A stretch of 64,000 nt of DNA from Cenococcum geophilum (taxonomy: Eukaryota), in assembly GCA_050273025.1 (NCBI GenBank), contig CP158635.1, positions 27,218,001 through 27,282,000 of the forward strand, written 5' to 3'. A model generated the notes under the pieces. The model made no database searches, was not told where the DNA came from, and was given only the letters and a program-made list of their open reading frames with translations. Every line of letters begins with the position of its first letter. Position 1 is the first letter of the stretch. This document shows positions 36,836-51,200 of the stretch, one piece after another. Position numbers and translations under genes: made by a program.

Positions 36836-39800
36836 GTATCATCGCTACCATATTAACTGCAAGCTAGTTGGTCCTGGATCTTCCGCAGGTCCTGGGGCCA
36901 TCATGATCCACAAACACAATTATCCTCTAGATTGATATGAAGCATCTCCTTTCGAATTACGAAATAACCCATCCGCCTCAAGCTCATCAAATGGGTAAGA
37001 GTATATTGACAAGGAGTGCATAATGAAGGTTAACATGGGAACTTTGACCTCTATGCTCGGAGAGACAAGAGTTGAGTTAACTACGCTCGTAAAAGTGCGA
37101 GCTCTTAATAATTCTCCGATGAGAGGAAGTGCCTCAAGATAGTCAGAATACATCTAGATATATGGATGAAATCGAGGCAGTATTTTTTTTTTTGCATGGA
37201 TCTGAAGCTCACTGTTGAAAACCAGGTGGCTGGGCCCAATATACCGTGGCTGTTACCAGCCACCTAATTACTCACGTATATACGAGCTTCTTACTCCATC
37301 AAATATCATGAATCACCCTTCTATTTGACTCCCCTTGATCGTCTATTTCAACACTCACACTGGAGCTGACTAGAAGGTAGGAAGCGAAGAATTGATCAAA
37401 TCCAGCCGTCCACATAGAACAATAAGATTTGTGTCCTTTGGCCACGCGGATATCAATATTAATCATGATCCTGAGCCGAACCGTCCCTCAAGTCACTTAG
37501 GCAGACGTGAGTAGTAGTGTCGACCTGAATCGAAGTTCCTTACTACCATCGTAATACTGTCTGACGACCTAGATCGTCTATACGAACTATGTCTCAGTTG
37601 TCTCGTATCTTGAGCTTGTATGTCTCATCGAACGTCTCATTACCTGTTTCTCTTAACTATGACCTACTATATGACGACGTCGTCGTTATTGTATTTGGGA
37701 CCTACCTGATGTATATAAGAGAGCTTCTAGAGCCCTCTTTAATAAAACAGAGTTCTTATTCCTGATTATCCATTTAATAGTTATAAGCCCGGGCTGTTTA
37801 CTATATTATCTTTAATTCCAAAGCCTTTATTCCCATTAATTTTAATTATTATCTTAATTGTAGATAACTACCCATAATAACTTCTTAATAAGAAACCCCT
37901 CCCATTATTATATTATCCGTTATCCTTATAAGCCTAAATAATTGGGATAAATGGATTAAGGTTATTAAGTTAAAAGCGAATAATAATTGTCTCTAGAAGT
38001 ATATTAACCCATTAATACCTAAGACCGATCTGCTATAGCTTAAAGAACCTGTTTGTGCCTTATCTAAGAATGCTAATAGCTAGGGGAAGATAAAGCTCGC
38101 GGATCTAGATAAGAAGGAGAAGAAGGAGCTCTATATGCTTAAAGCCGACTATAGAGACAATATAAAGCTATATAGAAAATAGTTGTTAGCTCTTAATACG
38201 TTGCGTAGCTATATCCTAAGCTTTATCTTACGTACCTACCTTATCTACACGTTTAAATGCACCACCACCTATAACGTCTTGGTATCTCTTAAGAAGAGAA
38301 TTACTCTGATTAACTATGCCCGAAAGCTTTAAATAGCTACTTAATATATAAGGCTTAAGAAGGCGCCTTAGAACTAAAACTTTAAGATCTGGTTATAAGA
38401 GTGGGAGAAGGTGTACACTAAGTGTAAGGAGTAAGCTCTACCTAAGGTAGATGGTAATCGTTTAGTAAAAGACTTCGCGTATATAGTTAAATTAATTATA
38501 CTAAGCTGGTTAGAATATTGGAAGAACGAGCTTAATAAGCGTAAGTAGGAGAAGAAGACGCTTCCTATTTTTTTTAAACTGGTTAAAATATACTAAAACT
38601 ACTGTTGTATAGACCTCGCCTAGAAGGGCAAAACCCCATAAGGAGGATTATTTAGAGTCACCTTTAAAGACGACTTACTAAATTTAAAGCCTGAATTAAA
38701 GCCTTAATTGTTAGCAGATAAGTAGAAAAAGAAGAGGCGACCGCCGCTAGAGTGCCTATACGGAAAACGTTACTACTTTAATAAGTACTGGTATATTATA
38801 GAGTTAATTTCTTACCTATTGTGGTTTAAACCAAGTAATAAAATTTAGAAGAAGGTGGATAAGAAGATTGCTAATATAACGCCTGAAATTAAGGCTTGTA
38901 TTAAGCAAATTAAAAAGGATAATTAAGCTAATAAGGACGATTAAGCTAATAAAAAGCTAAAGGAAGGCAGTAATTAAAGCTTATAAGGGCCTACCGGAAA
39001 CTTTATAGTTTATTATATAGGATTTAATAACACGACTTCTAATTACAAGCTTCGCGATAGTGTAATTCTTAACTTAGGAACTAGCCTATATATCTTTAAC
39101 GATAGAGCTAGGTTTATTAGCGATATTAAGCCTATATTAGAACGCGTCTATATAGGCTCGTATATAAAAGAAATCGTAGGCTATAGTATAGCTATAGTTA
39201 CGATTAATAACCTAAAAGGGAAGAGATAGATATAGCTCTTAGGAGCAGCCTTTATATTAGGCTTCTATACTAACTTAGTATGTCTTAATAAGCTTAATAA
39301 TAAGGGAGTTTACTAGAACAATAAAGAGAATACTCTCTTTTATGGCAACGACGAGACGTACGCCTACTATGGCCGCTACTATGGTTAAAATACCATTAAA
39401 TATAATAAGCTAAAAAGTGACTTACCTAAGGCTTTATTTGCGACTTAATTAAAGCTAATAAAGCATTTATTAAAGCCTCTACTAAATTAGGTAGAAGGCT
39501 ATATATAGCACTAGCGAATAGGCTATATAGGAAAAGACGCGATTAAGCAACTACTTTAGTTAGTAATAGGCGCGATTGTAAAAGGTCTAATAACGGTAGA
39601 ATATAAATTGTATAGAGTAAGTAAAGCTTATAAGGTGGTATCTAGAAGACCTTTAATTTAGTTGCTGGTTCCTTTCTATAGAATTTACCTTAATTTAATA
39701 CCCGGAATAGTTACATTTAATGGCGATAAGTACGTGGTATACTTCCTTAACGACGCGATGCGAATGAATGAGGTAGAGACGATGGCTAAGAAGTTGTCTC

Positions 39801-42236
39801 TTACCTAAATTGTTATTAAATATTGTAATATTATCGAACGACGATATGGCTTTAAGGTAGCCATTATTTATATAGATGGAGAGACGTCTCTTATAGGCGA
39901 ATTTAAGAAATGGGTAGCTAAATGAGGAATTAGTATTAAAAGATTAGCACCTAATACTTAATTATAGAACGGTCCAGCGGAATAATTTAGGGGGGTAATT
40001 ATATAGAAGGCTTAGTGTATAAGAATTAAGGCTTATCTACTAGAGGAGCTATATTCTAAAGTTTATAAAGTAGCTGCCTATCTACTTAATCGAATGCCTA
40101 GTAGAAGACTTAGGTAGAAGACACCGTTTAAGAGAATCTAGTTAGCTATAGGTATATTACTACTAAAACTAAATATAGGCTACCTATAAGTCTACGGCTG
40201 TAGGGCCTACCCTTTTAAGTATAATATTCTATGCCTAAATAAGCTCGTGCTAAGGGCCTATATAGGATATCTGGTAGGATATAATTTGACAAATATATTC
40301 CGAATCTATATTCCTAGTTAAAAGAAGGTTATAAGAACTAGAGACGTAAAGTTTAATAAGCGGTTACTTTATAATAACTTATAGCTAGATCTAGCGAATA
40401 TACTCTAAGTTAGAACTAATTAAATATTAGAAGTTATTAATGTCTATTAAATATAGGATCTTTAAGACGAATTAGAATCGTTATCTAATAAAAGCAATAA
40501 GACTTAAGACGAGATTTAAGTTAATACTAAAGGGAGACAATAGGTGGAATCTAGTAGAAATAAGGAAGAGCCTAATATTAAGAGTAGTAAGTAATAAGAT
40601 TTAAGCTTTAAAGATAACTTAGCTCTAGGGCTTTTTACTCTAAATAAAATACTAGAACCTAATTTACTAGAGCCTCTACTATTATCCTTAAATACCTTAG
40701 TAAAGAAGCCGCATTATATCCTAGTTCTAACTAATAAAGCTAAGCTAAAGAAGAAGATTAATAGCGATGTAGGAGAGCAAAATGTGGTTAAAGGAAAGAG
40801 ACTTAAAAGATAATTAAAGATTTACGTAGGCTTTCTTACTGACGTTACTAACTAGAGCCTTTTAGCTTAAAGATTAGCCTTTAATGTAGGGCTTATATTT
40901 TATAAAAAGCTATACCGTGATTAGCTCCTACTACTGCCTAGGAATTAGAAGGAGCTTTAAAGACATTAATATAAGGAAGAGTTCGCGGTTGCTGCCTGAA
41001 AGGAATATACGGACCTTTAAAATTAAGAAATGTTTTAAGTTATTAATAAGACGATCTATACTAAAACAGTGCCTATTATCTGGGTATTTATATATAAGAC
41101 TAATATTAATGGATATTTAATGAGGTTTAAAGCTTATCTTTATACACGAGGTAATTTATAAAAGTTAGTTTATAAGGATACCTATATTATAACTTTAGCA
41201 GTAAGATCGTTTAGAGCCTTAATGGCTATTATTATAATATTTGACCTAGACTGCTAGTAAGGTGACGCTATTAATATATTTATAAATAGTATAATTAATA
41301 AGGTTGTGTATATTAAGTATTTAGATAGATTTCTAATTAAGGGTAAGTGCCTACTTCTCTAAAGAGCCCTCTACGGATTAAGGCGATTACCTCTGCTATA
41401 GCACAGTGACTTAATAATAACGCTAAAAAAGAAAGGCTTAAAGCTAGTGGTGGAGGAGCTTTGCCTATATTACAACGATTAGCTAATAGTCTTCTTCTAC
41501 GTTAACGATATTATAGCTATATTTAGGAAGAAAGACCTACTTAAGCTCTAAACCTTTAAGGAGCACCTTATAAGAAAGTACGAGATAAAGGATTTAGGTA
41601 ACCTTACCTAGTTCTTAAAAATTTAAATTATCCGTAATAGAAAGAATAGGAAGCTCTGGCTTAGCTAGGATTCCTATATTAATAAAATTGCAATAAGCTT
41701 TAAAGTTAAAGATTATTGTAAGATATATATACTAATAGGTATTAAGGAACTTAAGCTTAATCCAGAGTAAGCCTCTAAGTAGGATACCTACGCCTATTAG
41801 AGGAAAGTTAGATCTATACTTTATATAGCTAATATTACTTATTTAGATATAGCGAGAATAGTAAGTAAGCTGTTAGAATTCTTATAAAATCCGTTACTAA
41901 TTTATAACGTAGCTGCTATAAGGGCAATTGCCTACCTTAATTAAACTAAGACTTTTGCGATTAAGTACTTAAAGAAGAATATAATGAACTAGATCTTTAT
42001 AAGGGCTAGTAATATATTATTTAGCGACAACTTAGTAAGTAGAAAGAGTACAGAAGGTTATCTATTTACTTTATTTAGAGGGCTAATTAACTAGTAATCT
42101 ATAAAGTAGAAGTTAGTAATAAAATTAAGCACGGAAGTAAAGCTCTTAGCCCTATTATATGCAGCTACCGAGTTAATTTAGTGGTAGCGATTCTTTAAAG
42201 AAATCGGATTTAACCCTAATAAGAAGTAAATAATAT

Positions 42237-45200
42237 TGTCACGGCACTGACCTAACGCATACTGTTTCATACTGTCTCGTACTATTCCCTACTATTAGCT
42301 AGCCCACTACTAGCGACTTAGCGGCCGGCCCTACTATTTATATACAATACCCCCTTTCCACCTTCTTCCCCTCTTTATACTACAACGTAGTTATTCAGTC
42401 TACTTTATTACAGCACTATGACAGTTTATAGTATCTTCAATTTGCGCCCTGTCGCGATCACTAATTCCCTATACCCTAACCAATTAACCTCCGCCCTAGA
42501 GCAATCGCGACCTATACGCGCCTCTGCTAAAACTAATACGTCCCTAGCATAGTCCTAGAATAATCCTCAGTTTTTACCTAGCGCCTAGATAGGCGACACT
42601 AATAATACCAAAATAGCCGAAACCTAGAACCCCCGTGACGTTTTTGTAGACCTATTTATAGAGATATACCCTAATATTACATAGATAATCCGCCGCTCCC
42701 TACTATACCCTAAAACCTTTAAGCCTAGTAAAGCTTACCTTACCCTTATTAACTATACCAATGAGTTCCTTAACAACATTAAAGTAGGACTATAGTGTAT
42801 ATATAACACAAACACCGCTAATAAAAAAGCTAACGAAAACCTTAGTGCCCTTATCGCTTCCTAAATAGGAACTATTAACTCCTAGGTAAAAACTATTATC
42901 GTTCTAAAACAATTAACCCCTATAACAATAGTAGTAACCTAGCAGAAAAAACAGAAATCTAAAGACCCGCCAATATTTAGCGGAAAAGGCACCCCGCTAG
43001 AACGATAAGCTAATTTTAAGACCTGGCATATTAAGATTAAGGGAGTTTTCAACCGGGACTAGGACTACTTTAATATAGTTTAGTCCTAGATCCTTTACAT
43101 CTCGGATATACTAAAGAATAAGGCCTATAAGTTTATTAAGCAGGGCCTAGAGCTTATATATAAGAACCCAAATAATATATTTACGTGAAAATGGCCTACT
43201 AAGGAAGATATATTTAAAGACCTTACTGCCTACTATAAGGTCCTTAACATAACCCAAGTCGTAAAGAATAAGCTTAACCATTTCCCTTAAGGCGAGCGTA
43301 ATTACTAGTTCTAGAAGAGAGAGCTTAATAAGCTAATAGCCCGCGCTAAAAAGACAGATAAATAGAAGGTGGACCTACTCTAAAAGTTTATCTCTCTAAA
43401 GATAGAAGAGCTAGTACTTAGACTAGCCTATAAAATTAATAATAGTAACTATATAGGTTAGAGCAAGTAGATAAATATATTTACTAAGAACCTTACAAAC
43501 TATACACACTAAGCCAACCTTAAGAAAAACGCTAACCACTGTTACGGCACTGGCAGAACTTGGCAGAACTACGCACCAGCAAGTTGCCACAGATTGCCGC
43601 ATATTGCGGTCACGTGACGCGAAGATCGTATATAGCTTTGAGCGGCGCTCCCCTTCTTCTCCTTTCCTTTCTTTAGCTTTAGATTCTCGTTTATAGACAA
43701 TCCAATCGTACAGGCTTGCGCGACCATTTTGCCATACTTATATCTTGATTAACTGAGTCACTAATATTATCTAAAGCTCACTCTACTCTTTCTTCCTGAG
43801 AAGGAACTTAAATATATCTACAAGAACATAGAATAGGACCCTAAGGACATTACTAGGACCACAAGGACAGGACCTAAAAGAAAAAAACAGAACCCTAAGG
43901 AAAGAACCCACAAGATACATACAGACTAAAACCCCTAAAGAAATTACCCGGAATTACCTAACACCCCTACCACCATGCCACGAACTACAGTAGCAGGTAA
44001 AGCAGCTATAGGACCCTTAAATACTTCAAATAAAAAAACAATTAATGTTTTAACCCCCTAGGCGGAGCTTATGGCTGCTAATACCAAAATTAAATAATTA
44101 CGAGAGCTACTTAAAGCTAGAGATACCCCTATATCTAATAATAAGTCATTATTAAACAACTAAAGACTTACTATAGTCCTTTAGGCCCTATCCTAGCGCC
44201 TTAGTAGATCTACTAAGGCCTATATAGCACCAAAGCGGTCAGTAAAGGTCGTGGACCCCCTACTACTTACAAACGGAACCGACCCTATATTTAATAATTA
44301 GAAGCTCCAATTACGGGATAAGCTTAAAGTTAATGCAGACCACTTCCCTAACGCCTAAGCCAGAATGGCCTACGTCTTTGGCTGTACTGGCGAAGACGCC
44401 TAGACGCATTTACGCCCGCGATACACTAAAGACTTAGTAGACCCCTTCATCTCTAAAGAAGAAATAATTAAATACTTGTCTTCTATTTATAAGGACCCTT
44501 TTAAAGTATAAAACGCCTACCTTAGCTATAAAAGCCTAAACATAAAAATAATGGAGACCTTTTCGGCCTTCTAAACCCGCTTTCTATACCTAGCCGGACA
44601 GGCCTAGATCCCCCAAGAAGACCTACTACCAGACCTCTTTGATAAGCTTACCCTAGACCTATAGCGGGCCATATTGCCAGCTTATACTACAGTATAGACG
44701 TTAAAGGAACTTATAGACTATTGCCTAGCTATTAACCAAGGCCTTTATTAAATTAAGGCACGCGCCAACTGGCTAAAAACTAGAAACCTTATAAACTAGG
44801 CCGCAAGTACTACGAGTACGGCCCGTAGTGCCCTAGCACGATTAGCAACTCCTACAGCCAACCCGGCAGCTAGCCGCGCAGCTACCCCTACTGCGGGCCT
44901 AGTATATACCCAGCCTATATACAGCGACCCCCGTATATAGGCCCTTAGCGATTAAGAAGCTTACTTCTTATACGGTTAAATAGGCCACCCTATAAGGAAC
45001 TACCTAATAAAGGCAAGGACAAACAAGGTCCTATTAATTCAGAAGGATAGTACGGAGCCGGAAAAAGAGGAACCCTAGAGAAAAACTCCTCTCTAAGGTT
45101 AAAAGGGATTAATATATTATATATTAATCTAGGTCGGCTAGTTAGTAAAAGAAGCTGCACTATCCCTTATACTTTATTTCGCAATAGATATTAAGTTTTA

Positions 45201-48200
45201 ACCTCTGCTTTAGCTAACTTAGGAGTAAATACCTTTACCTTAATTAACACAAAGTGTGCTATAAAACTGGCTGACTTTTTAAATATACCCCTTAAAGAAC
45301 TGCCTAAACTAATCCCTATTCGCGGTTATAACGGACGGATAGGGCCACCTATTACAACTATCTTGCGGATTTACCTCCGCGTTAATGGACGAAGGCAGTA
45401 TAACGTCCCCTTTCTTATTACGGACTTAGGAAGCCACAATATAATCTTAGAAAGAAAATAGCTAGCCTATTTAGGCTTACAGCTTAAAGTATAGAGTAGA
45501 CGGCTTATCTAGCCCAAAACTCTACCCCCAACCCCTTCCTTTATAAAAGAAATCAGCATTACAATAGAAAACCTTATACGGCCCTAGATTAATACTATTT
45601 ACCAGGCCGATGCTATACGCAGAGACTAGGCCTTTAAAAAGAACGTACAGCTTAACCCGCAACAGATCCGTATACTACGCCGCCCCTAAACTACTTATGT
45701 TATGCCACCCGCACTAGAGACCTAGAAAGTCGGTAGTGACCTAGCTAAGCTCCCTATAGAGAACCCTACGAAGCCATAAAGGAAAGCCAGGGATATTAGA
45801 CGCTACACTAAACTAATAAATAGGAAGGACAACTTACAGAAAATAGAACGTGAGCTAAGGAAGACCATAAACCCTATACCGTAAACCACGGCCTAACGGA
45901 CGCCAAAGAAACCTATGGACCTCCTACCAGTTAATATCTGCTGCATTAGCGCTATAGGATTCTACTAAAACCTAGTTCAGCCTAATACCGTTACCTTTAT
46001 AACTAGCCTATACAAAATTAACTAAATAATTAAGGAAAAGGAAAGCGAGCTTAGTAAATAGAAAAGCGGGCTTACGGATAAAGAACTAGTAGAGTAAAAA
46101 CTACCCAATTAACACCGGAAATTCAAGGATATATTCTCTAAGGCAGCGTCTAATATGCTTCCACCCTACCGACTATATAACTATAAGATTAAGATCGAGC
46201 AAGATAAGGGAAGCACCCTTAGCTTTAGCCCTCTCTACCTATAGTCTATTACTAAATTACAGGCCATAAAGCAGTACCTTATAAATAACCTAAATAAGGG
46301 CTTCATCGAGCCTAGCCAAGCCCCTTTTAACTTACCTATTCTCTTTATTAAAAAGCCAAATAAAAAACTGCGCTTCTGCATTAACTACTATAAGCTAAAT
46401 AATATAACCCACAAAGACCGCTACCCGCTGCCCTTACTTAATAAGACTCTTACCCAAATAAGTAGAGCTAAGGTTTTTACAAAGCTTAATATCCGCCAGG
46501 CCTTTTACCGAATTAGGATAAACCCCAGGTCTAAGGATCTTACTATATTCCAAACCTATTACGGGACGTATAAATATAAGGTACTTCCTTTTAGACTAAC
46601 CAATGGACTAGCTACGTACCAGCGGTATATAAACAATATACTCTTTAACTACCTTAACAACTTCTATACGGCCTATCTAAATAATATTATAATCTATTTA
46701 GAAAACGAACTAGAACACAAGGAGCACGTCTATAAAGTCCTATAACGGCTCTATAAAGCTGGCCTCCAGGCCAATATTAAGAAGTTAGAATTCAGTATTA
46801 AGCGTATAAAGTACCTAGGTTTTATTATTAGCACGGACGGAATTAAGGCCAACCTAAAGAAAACAACCGCAATTAACTAGTAGACGCCCCCTTGGACCGT
46901 AAAGGGGGTGCAATTATTTTTAGGTTTCTATAACTTCTACTAATACTTTATTAAGAACTACAGCAGGATTACCCAGCCTCTTAACCGCCTTACTAAGAAA
47001 GACCAGCCCTTTTACTTTAACGCTATATATATGCAGGCCTTTAATAAGCTTAAAAAACGGCTAGTATCGGCCCCCCTACTTGCCTACTTTAACCTAGAAT
47101 GGCCCTTAATACTAGAAACTAATGCCTTAAACGGCGTAATAGCTAGTATTTTTTCCTAGAAGCAACCGGACGGAGAATGGCACCCTATTATATACTATTT
47201 AAAGACTATAATAGATACTAAACTAAACTACCACATCCATAATAAAGAAATGCTGGCTATTATCTCTAGCTTTTAGCACTAGCGTGTATAGCTAGAGGGG
47301 ACCCCTAAACCTATTAAAGTAGTATTAGATTATAAGGCCCTAGAATACTTTATAACAACTAAGGCCCTTACGGCCCGGCAGGCACGCTAGGCGGACGTCC
47401 TATCTTAATTTAACTTCTTAATTATATATAGACTAGGCGCTATAAACCGTGCGGATGCTCTTACTAGGCGTAAATAAGACCTAGGTAACCATACGGCTGT
47501 AAAGATCTTATTACGGACCCAGACGCTACTACAACCAAAGTACCTTAACCCCTAGATATAGGCAGAACTAAGTACAAACCCCTTAAGCACTAAGATATAT
47601 CCTATTAACCCTTTAGGACTTAACTTAATTAATAAATTGCTGCAGATAAACTATACGGCCCCTTCTCTACAGGAGTACCATAAAAAGGCAAAGAACGTTA
47701 CTAGCCTATAGTCCCTCAAAAATAGATTACTTAAGTATTAGAAACGGCTGGTAGTAGTAGAGGAACAGAACTTATGGGCTCGGCTTATTACTAAAGCACA
47801 TACCTAGGTCTCTACGGCCTACCCTAAAAAAAATAAGACCCGCAGGATTATTAGTAACCGCTACTACTAGCCCGGAATAGTTATAAATATCAACCACTAT
47901 ATACGGAACTATAATAACTGCCGTAGGTCTACAATCCCACAAGATAAGACCCTAGGACTATTAAAACCCCTCCTAATACCCGACCGCCCCTAGTACTATG
48001 TCTTTATAGACTTTTATAAGCTACCTCCAGACCATAACGGATATAATATAGTTATAATCCTAGTTAACCGCTTTAGCAAGCGCCCGTTCTTAATTCCCTA
48101 TTACAAGAATATTAATACTAAAGAGGCAGCCCAACTATATATCTACTACGTCTACCGAATTTACGGACCACCAGATACTATTATATCTAACCGCGGGCCG

Positions 48201-51200
48201 CAGTTTATATCAGCCTTTTAAAATAAGTTCACCTAAATCCTAGGCATTAAGCTAAAGCTTTCTATAGCATATTACCCCTAGACAGATAGTCAAACGGAGA
48301 TTATAAATTAATACTTGGACCAGAAACTCCGGCCTTTTATTAACTACTTCTAGGATAACTAGGCTAAACTATTACCCTTAATAGACTACGCCCAAGCGAC
48401 CCTACCCCATAACTCTACCGGATTTGCCCCTATTTAACTAGAAATGGGTTACCTACCCCGCACAAGCTTTAACTGGGAAAGACTAGAAGGGCCCCAAACC
48501 GTACACAAAAAACTATCTTATAAGGAAGCCCAGCAGTACGCTAAGCGCTTAAAAGAAGCCTAGAAAGTAGCCTATACAAACCTAGAAAAGGCCTAAAAAT
48601 TAATAAAACAGTAGGCAAATAAGCATAGGCGCGAGCCTAACTTTACTATAGGCAATATAGTTTGGGTCACAATAAAGAACTAAAAGACAGAACGGCCTAG
48701 CCGTAAGCTAGATTATAAGATGGCAGGACCGTATAAGATTCTTAATAAAGTAGGCAACTCGTACAAGGTTAAGCTCCTAGACTTAATTAAAGTCCACCCT
48801 ATCTTCTTACTAGATAAGCTACGGAAAGCTATAAATAACCCACTACCCGGACAAAAGAATAAACTTCCCCTACTAATTTAAGTTAATAACGATAATAAAT
48901 AGAAAATTAAAGAAATACTAGCCTATAAACTTATAAAGGGAACGTTAAAGTATTATATTAGTTAGAAAGGATATAACCCGGACCCTACTTAGTACCCTAC
49001 ATAAAACTTTATAGGTAGCCCCTATAAGCTTTAGGAATTCTATAGTTATTACCCTAATAAACCCGGACCGCCAAAGTACCTAGATAAGTAGATAAAATGC
49101 TAGCATAATAAAGATGATAAGCTACTAGAAGAATATAAGGATAAAAACACCCTAGAAATTTCTTAGTTATGTAAGGTGTTGAGATATCTAGAAACTTCGA
49201 CCAGCGGTTAAAGTTGTCTAATTAGTTAGATTCTCTTACCAAAACTTTTAGCGGTAAAGCCTAAAGGCAGGCTTTTTTAGAGGGGGGGGTAATATTACGG
49301 CACTAGCAGAACTTAGCAGAACTACACACCGGTAAGTTACCACAGATTGCCGTATATTACGGTCACGTGACGTGAAGATCGTATATAGCTTCAAGCGGCG
49401 CTCCCCTTCTTCTCCTTTCCTTTCTTTAGCTTTAGATTCTCGTTTATAGACAATCCAATCGTATAGGCTTACGCGACCATTTTGCCGTACTTATATCTCG
49501 ATTGACTAAGTTATTAATAACCACCGCCTACCTACCTAAGCCCCTACCCCTATATTAACCCTGACCCTAATAGTAACTAAAAAACCTATAGACCTTAATA
49601 AAATCTCAGACACAGAGCGTAAGCGCCGCGTTAATAATAGACTATACCTTACCTATAGCCTACCCGGCCACTAGAAGGATGCCTATAACCCTACTAAGAT
49701 AGTAAACTTAGTCCTAATACTACCCTATTAAATAACGCAAATAAATAACCGCGGATGCGGCGACTATAGAGTCTATTATAGACGCGGTAACCGCGGAGCC
49801 TATTATAGCTGCGGCGGACGACCCCCCCCCTTTAACCCTATAGCTTAGTTACTCTAAACTATACCCTATATAGGAGCCCAACCTATTAACAACGCCTAGT
49901 ATTAGCGACTTCGCGCTAGCGAATATAAATACGGCCACGTTATTAGCGAGGTATCGTTTTCCTATACCCCAACCAAAATAGAGATAGATACCACTAGCCA
50001 GACAGACACTAGACCACCCTACTAAGACAGCCCCGTACCCCAGTTATTAAAAGGCAGACCCTTAGACTAAGTCGCGCCTAAGAGTCTAAACTATATAAGG
50101 AGGAAGACGAGAAGATTAGGTCCCTATTACTAGATTAATTAGTCCTTTCTATTAGTAAACTACTACTTAATCTTAGATTAGCAAACAGTAATAAGAAATT
50201 AATCCTTATTTAAACCTAACTCTCCTTATTACATAACCTATACCCCTAAGTTTATATTAATATAGTAAGCCTAGTGGACTCTAGTAGTACTATAATGGCA
50301 TTTGCCAACGCAAAGTCTATTATAAAAAAGTATAACATTATAACTAAGAAGCTGCTAGCACCTAGGCCACTACACCTCGTAAATAGTATCCTAACTTCGC
50401 TTATTACGGACTACTTTACCGCCTAAATATTAATCGGCCTTTATACTAAAGCTATACTCTTTTTTATTACTAAACTCTCACCTACTACCCTAATTATCCT
50501 AGGCATACCCTAGCTTTAGAAGCACGAGCCCCGTTCTAGCTTTAGGAAACTCAAAATCCGCTTTAACTTAGACTACTACTCTAGGCACTACCTCCTATAG
50601 GGGATAGCTAACGTTAGCAGGGACGCCTTATATAGATACTTAGCACTACTAAGCCTAGTGCCTAGGACTATATACAAAGCCCTAATAGTAGAAGACGTTC
50701 CTAATAAAGGGGAGCCTATATAGCTGTAAAGAAATAAGATAGTAGAAGACTGGACTAACCTAGCACTTAAGACTAAAATAACGGGCTAGCTAGCCCTGCT
50801 AAGACTAAGGAAGAAGGTCCGCTTCATACCGCCACTACTAAAAAACTAACCCTAACCTAGGCACCATTTAAACCCTAGCTGCCTAGCCTAATACCCGGAA
50901 CTAAGCTATATACTATATACGTACACTATAGCTTACGTTATAGTAAGGACTAGCTATAGAACTACCAAAACCTAGATAATAGAAACCGCGTCACCGCAAC
51001 GCCTAACCTTATACCCGTCTCCCGCGCGTACCGTATAGGGCCGCCGCCTTATTTCCGCCCCCCTGGGCCAACTAAGCCGTGCTAGCCTAGCTATAGCACT
51101 AAAGAGCTAGACATGCCCTAACCTAGACGATATTAAATGCACCTATACTATTAATTTTACCCAGTTCTATAAATAAAAAGACGTAAAGGTAATAAGGATC

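Noticed and set aside
49185..49230. Hairpin- or hammerhead-ribozyme-like reading of the 3' UTR palindrome (AGAA...TGTC; CTAATTAG as CUGAUGA)
   Set aside because: No loop B or GAAA core follows. RIP of CTGATGAG would give CTAATAAG, not CTAATTAG, and AGAA is not conserved in copy A1.
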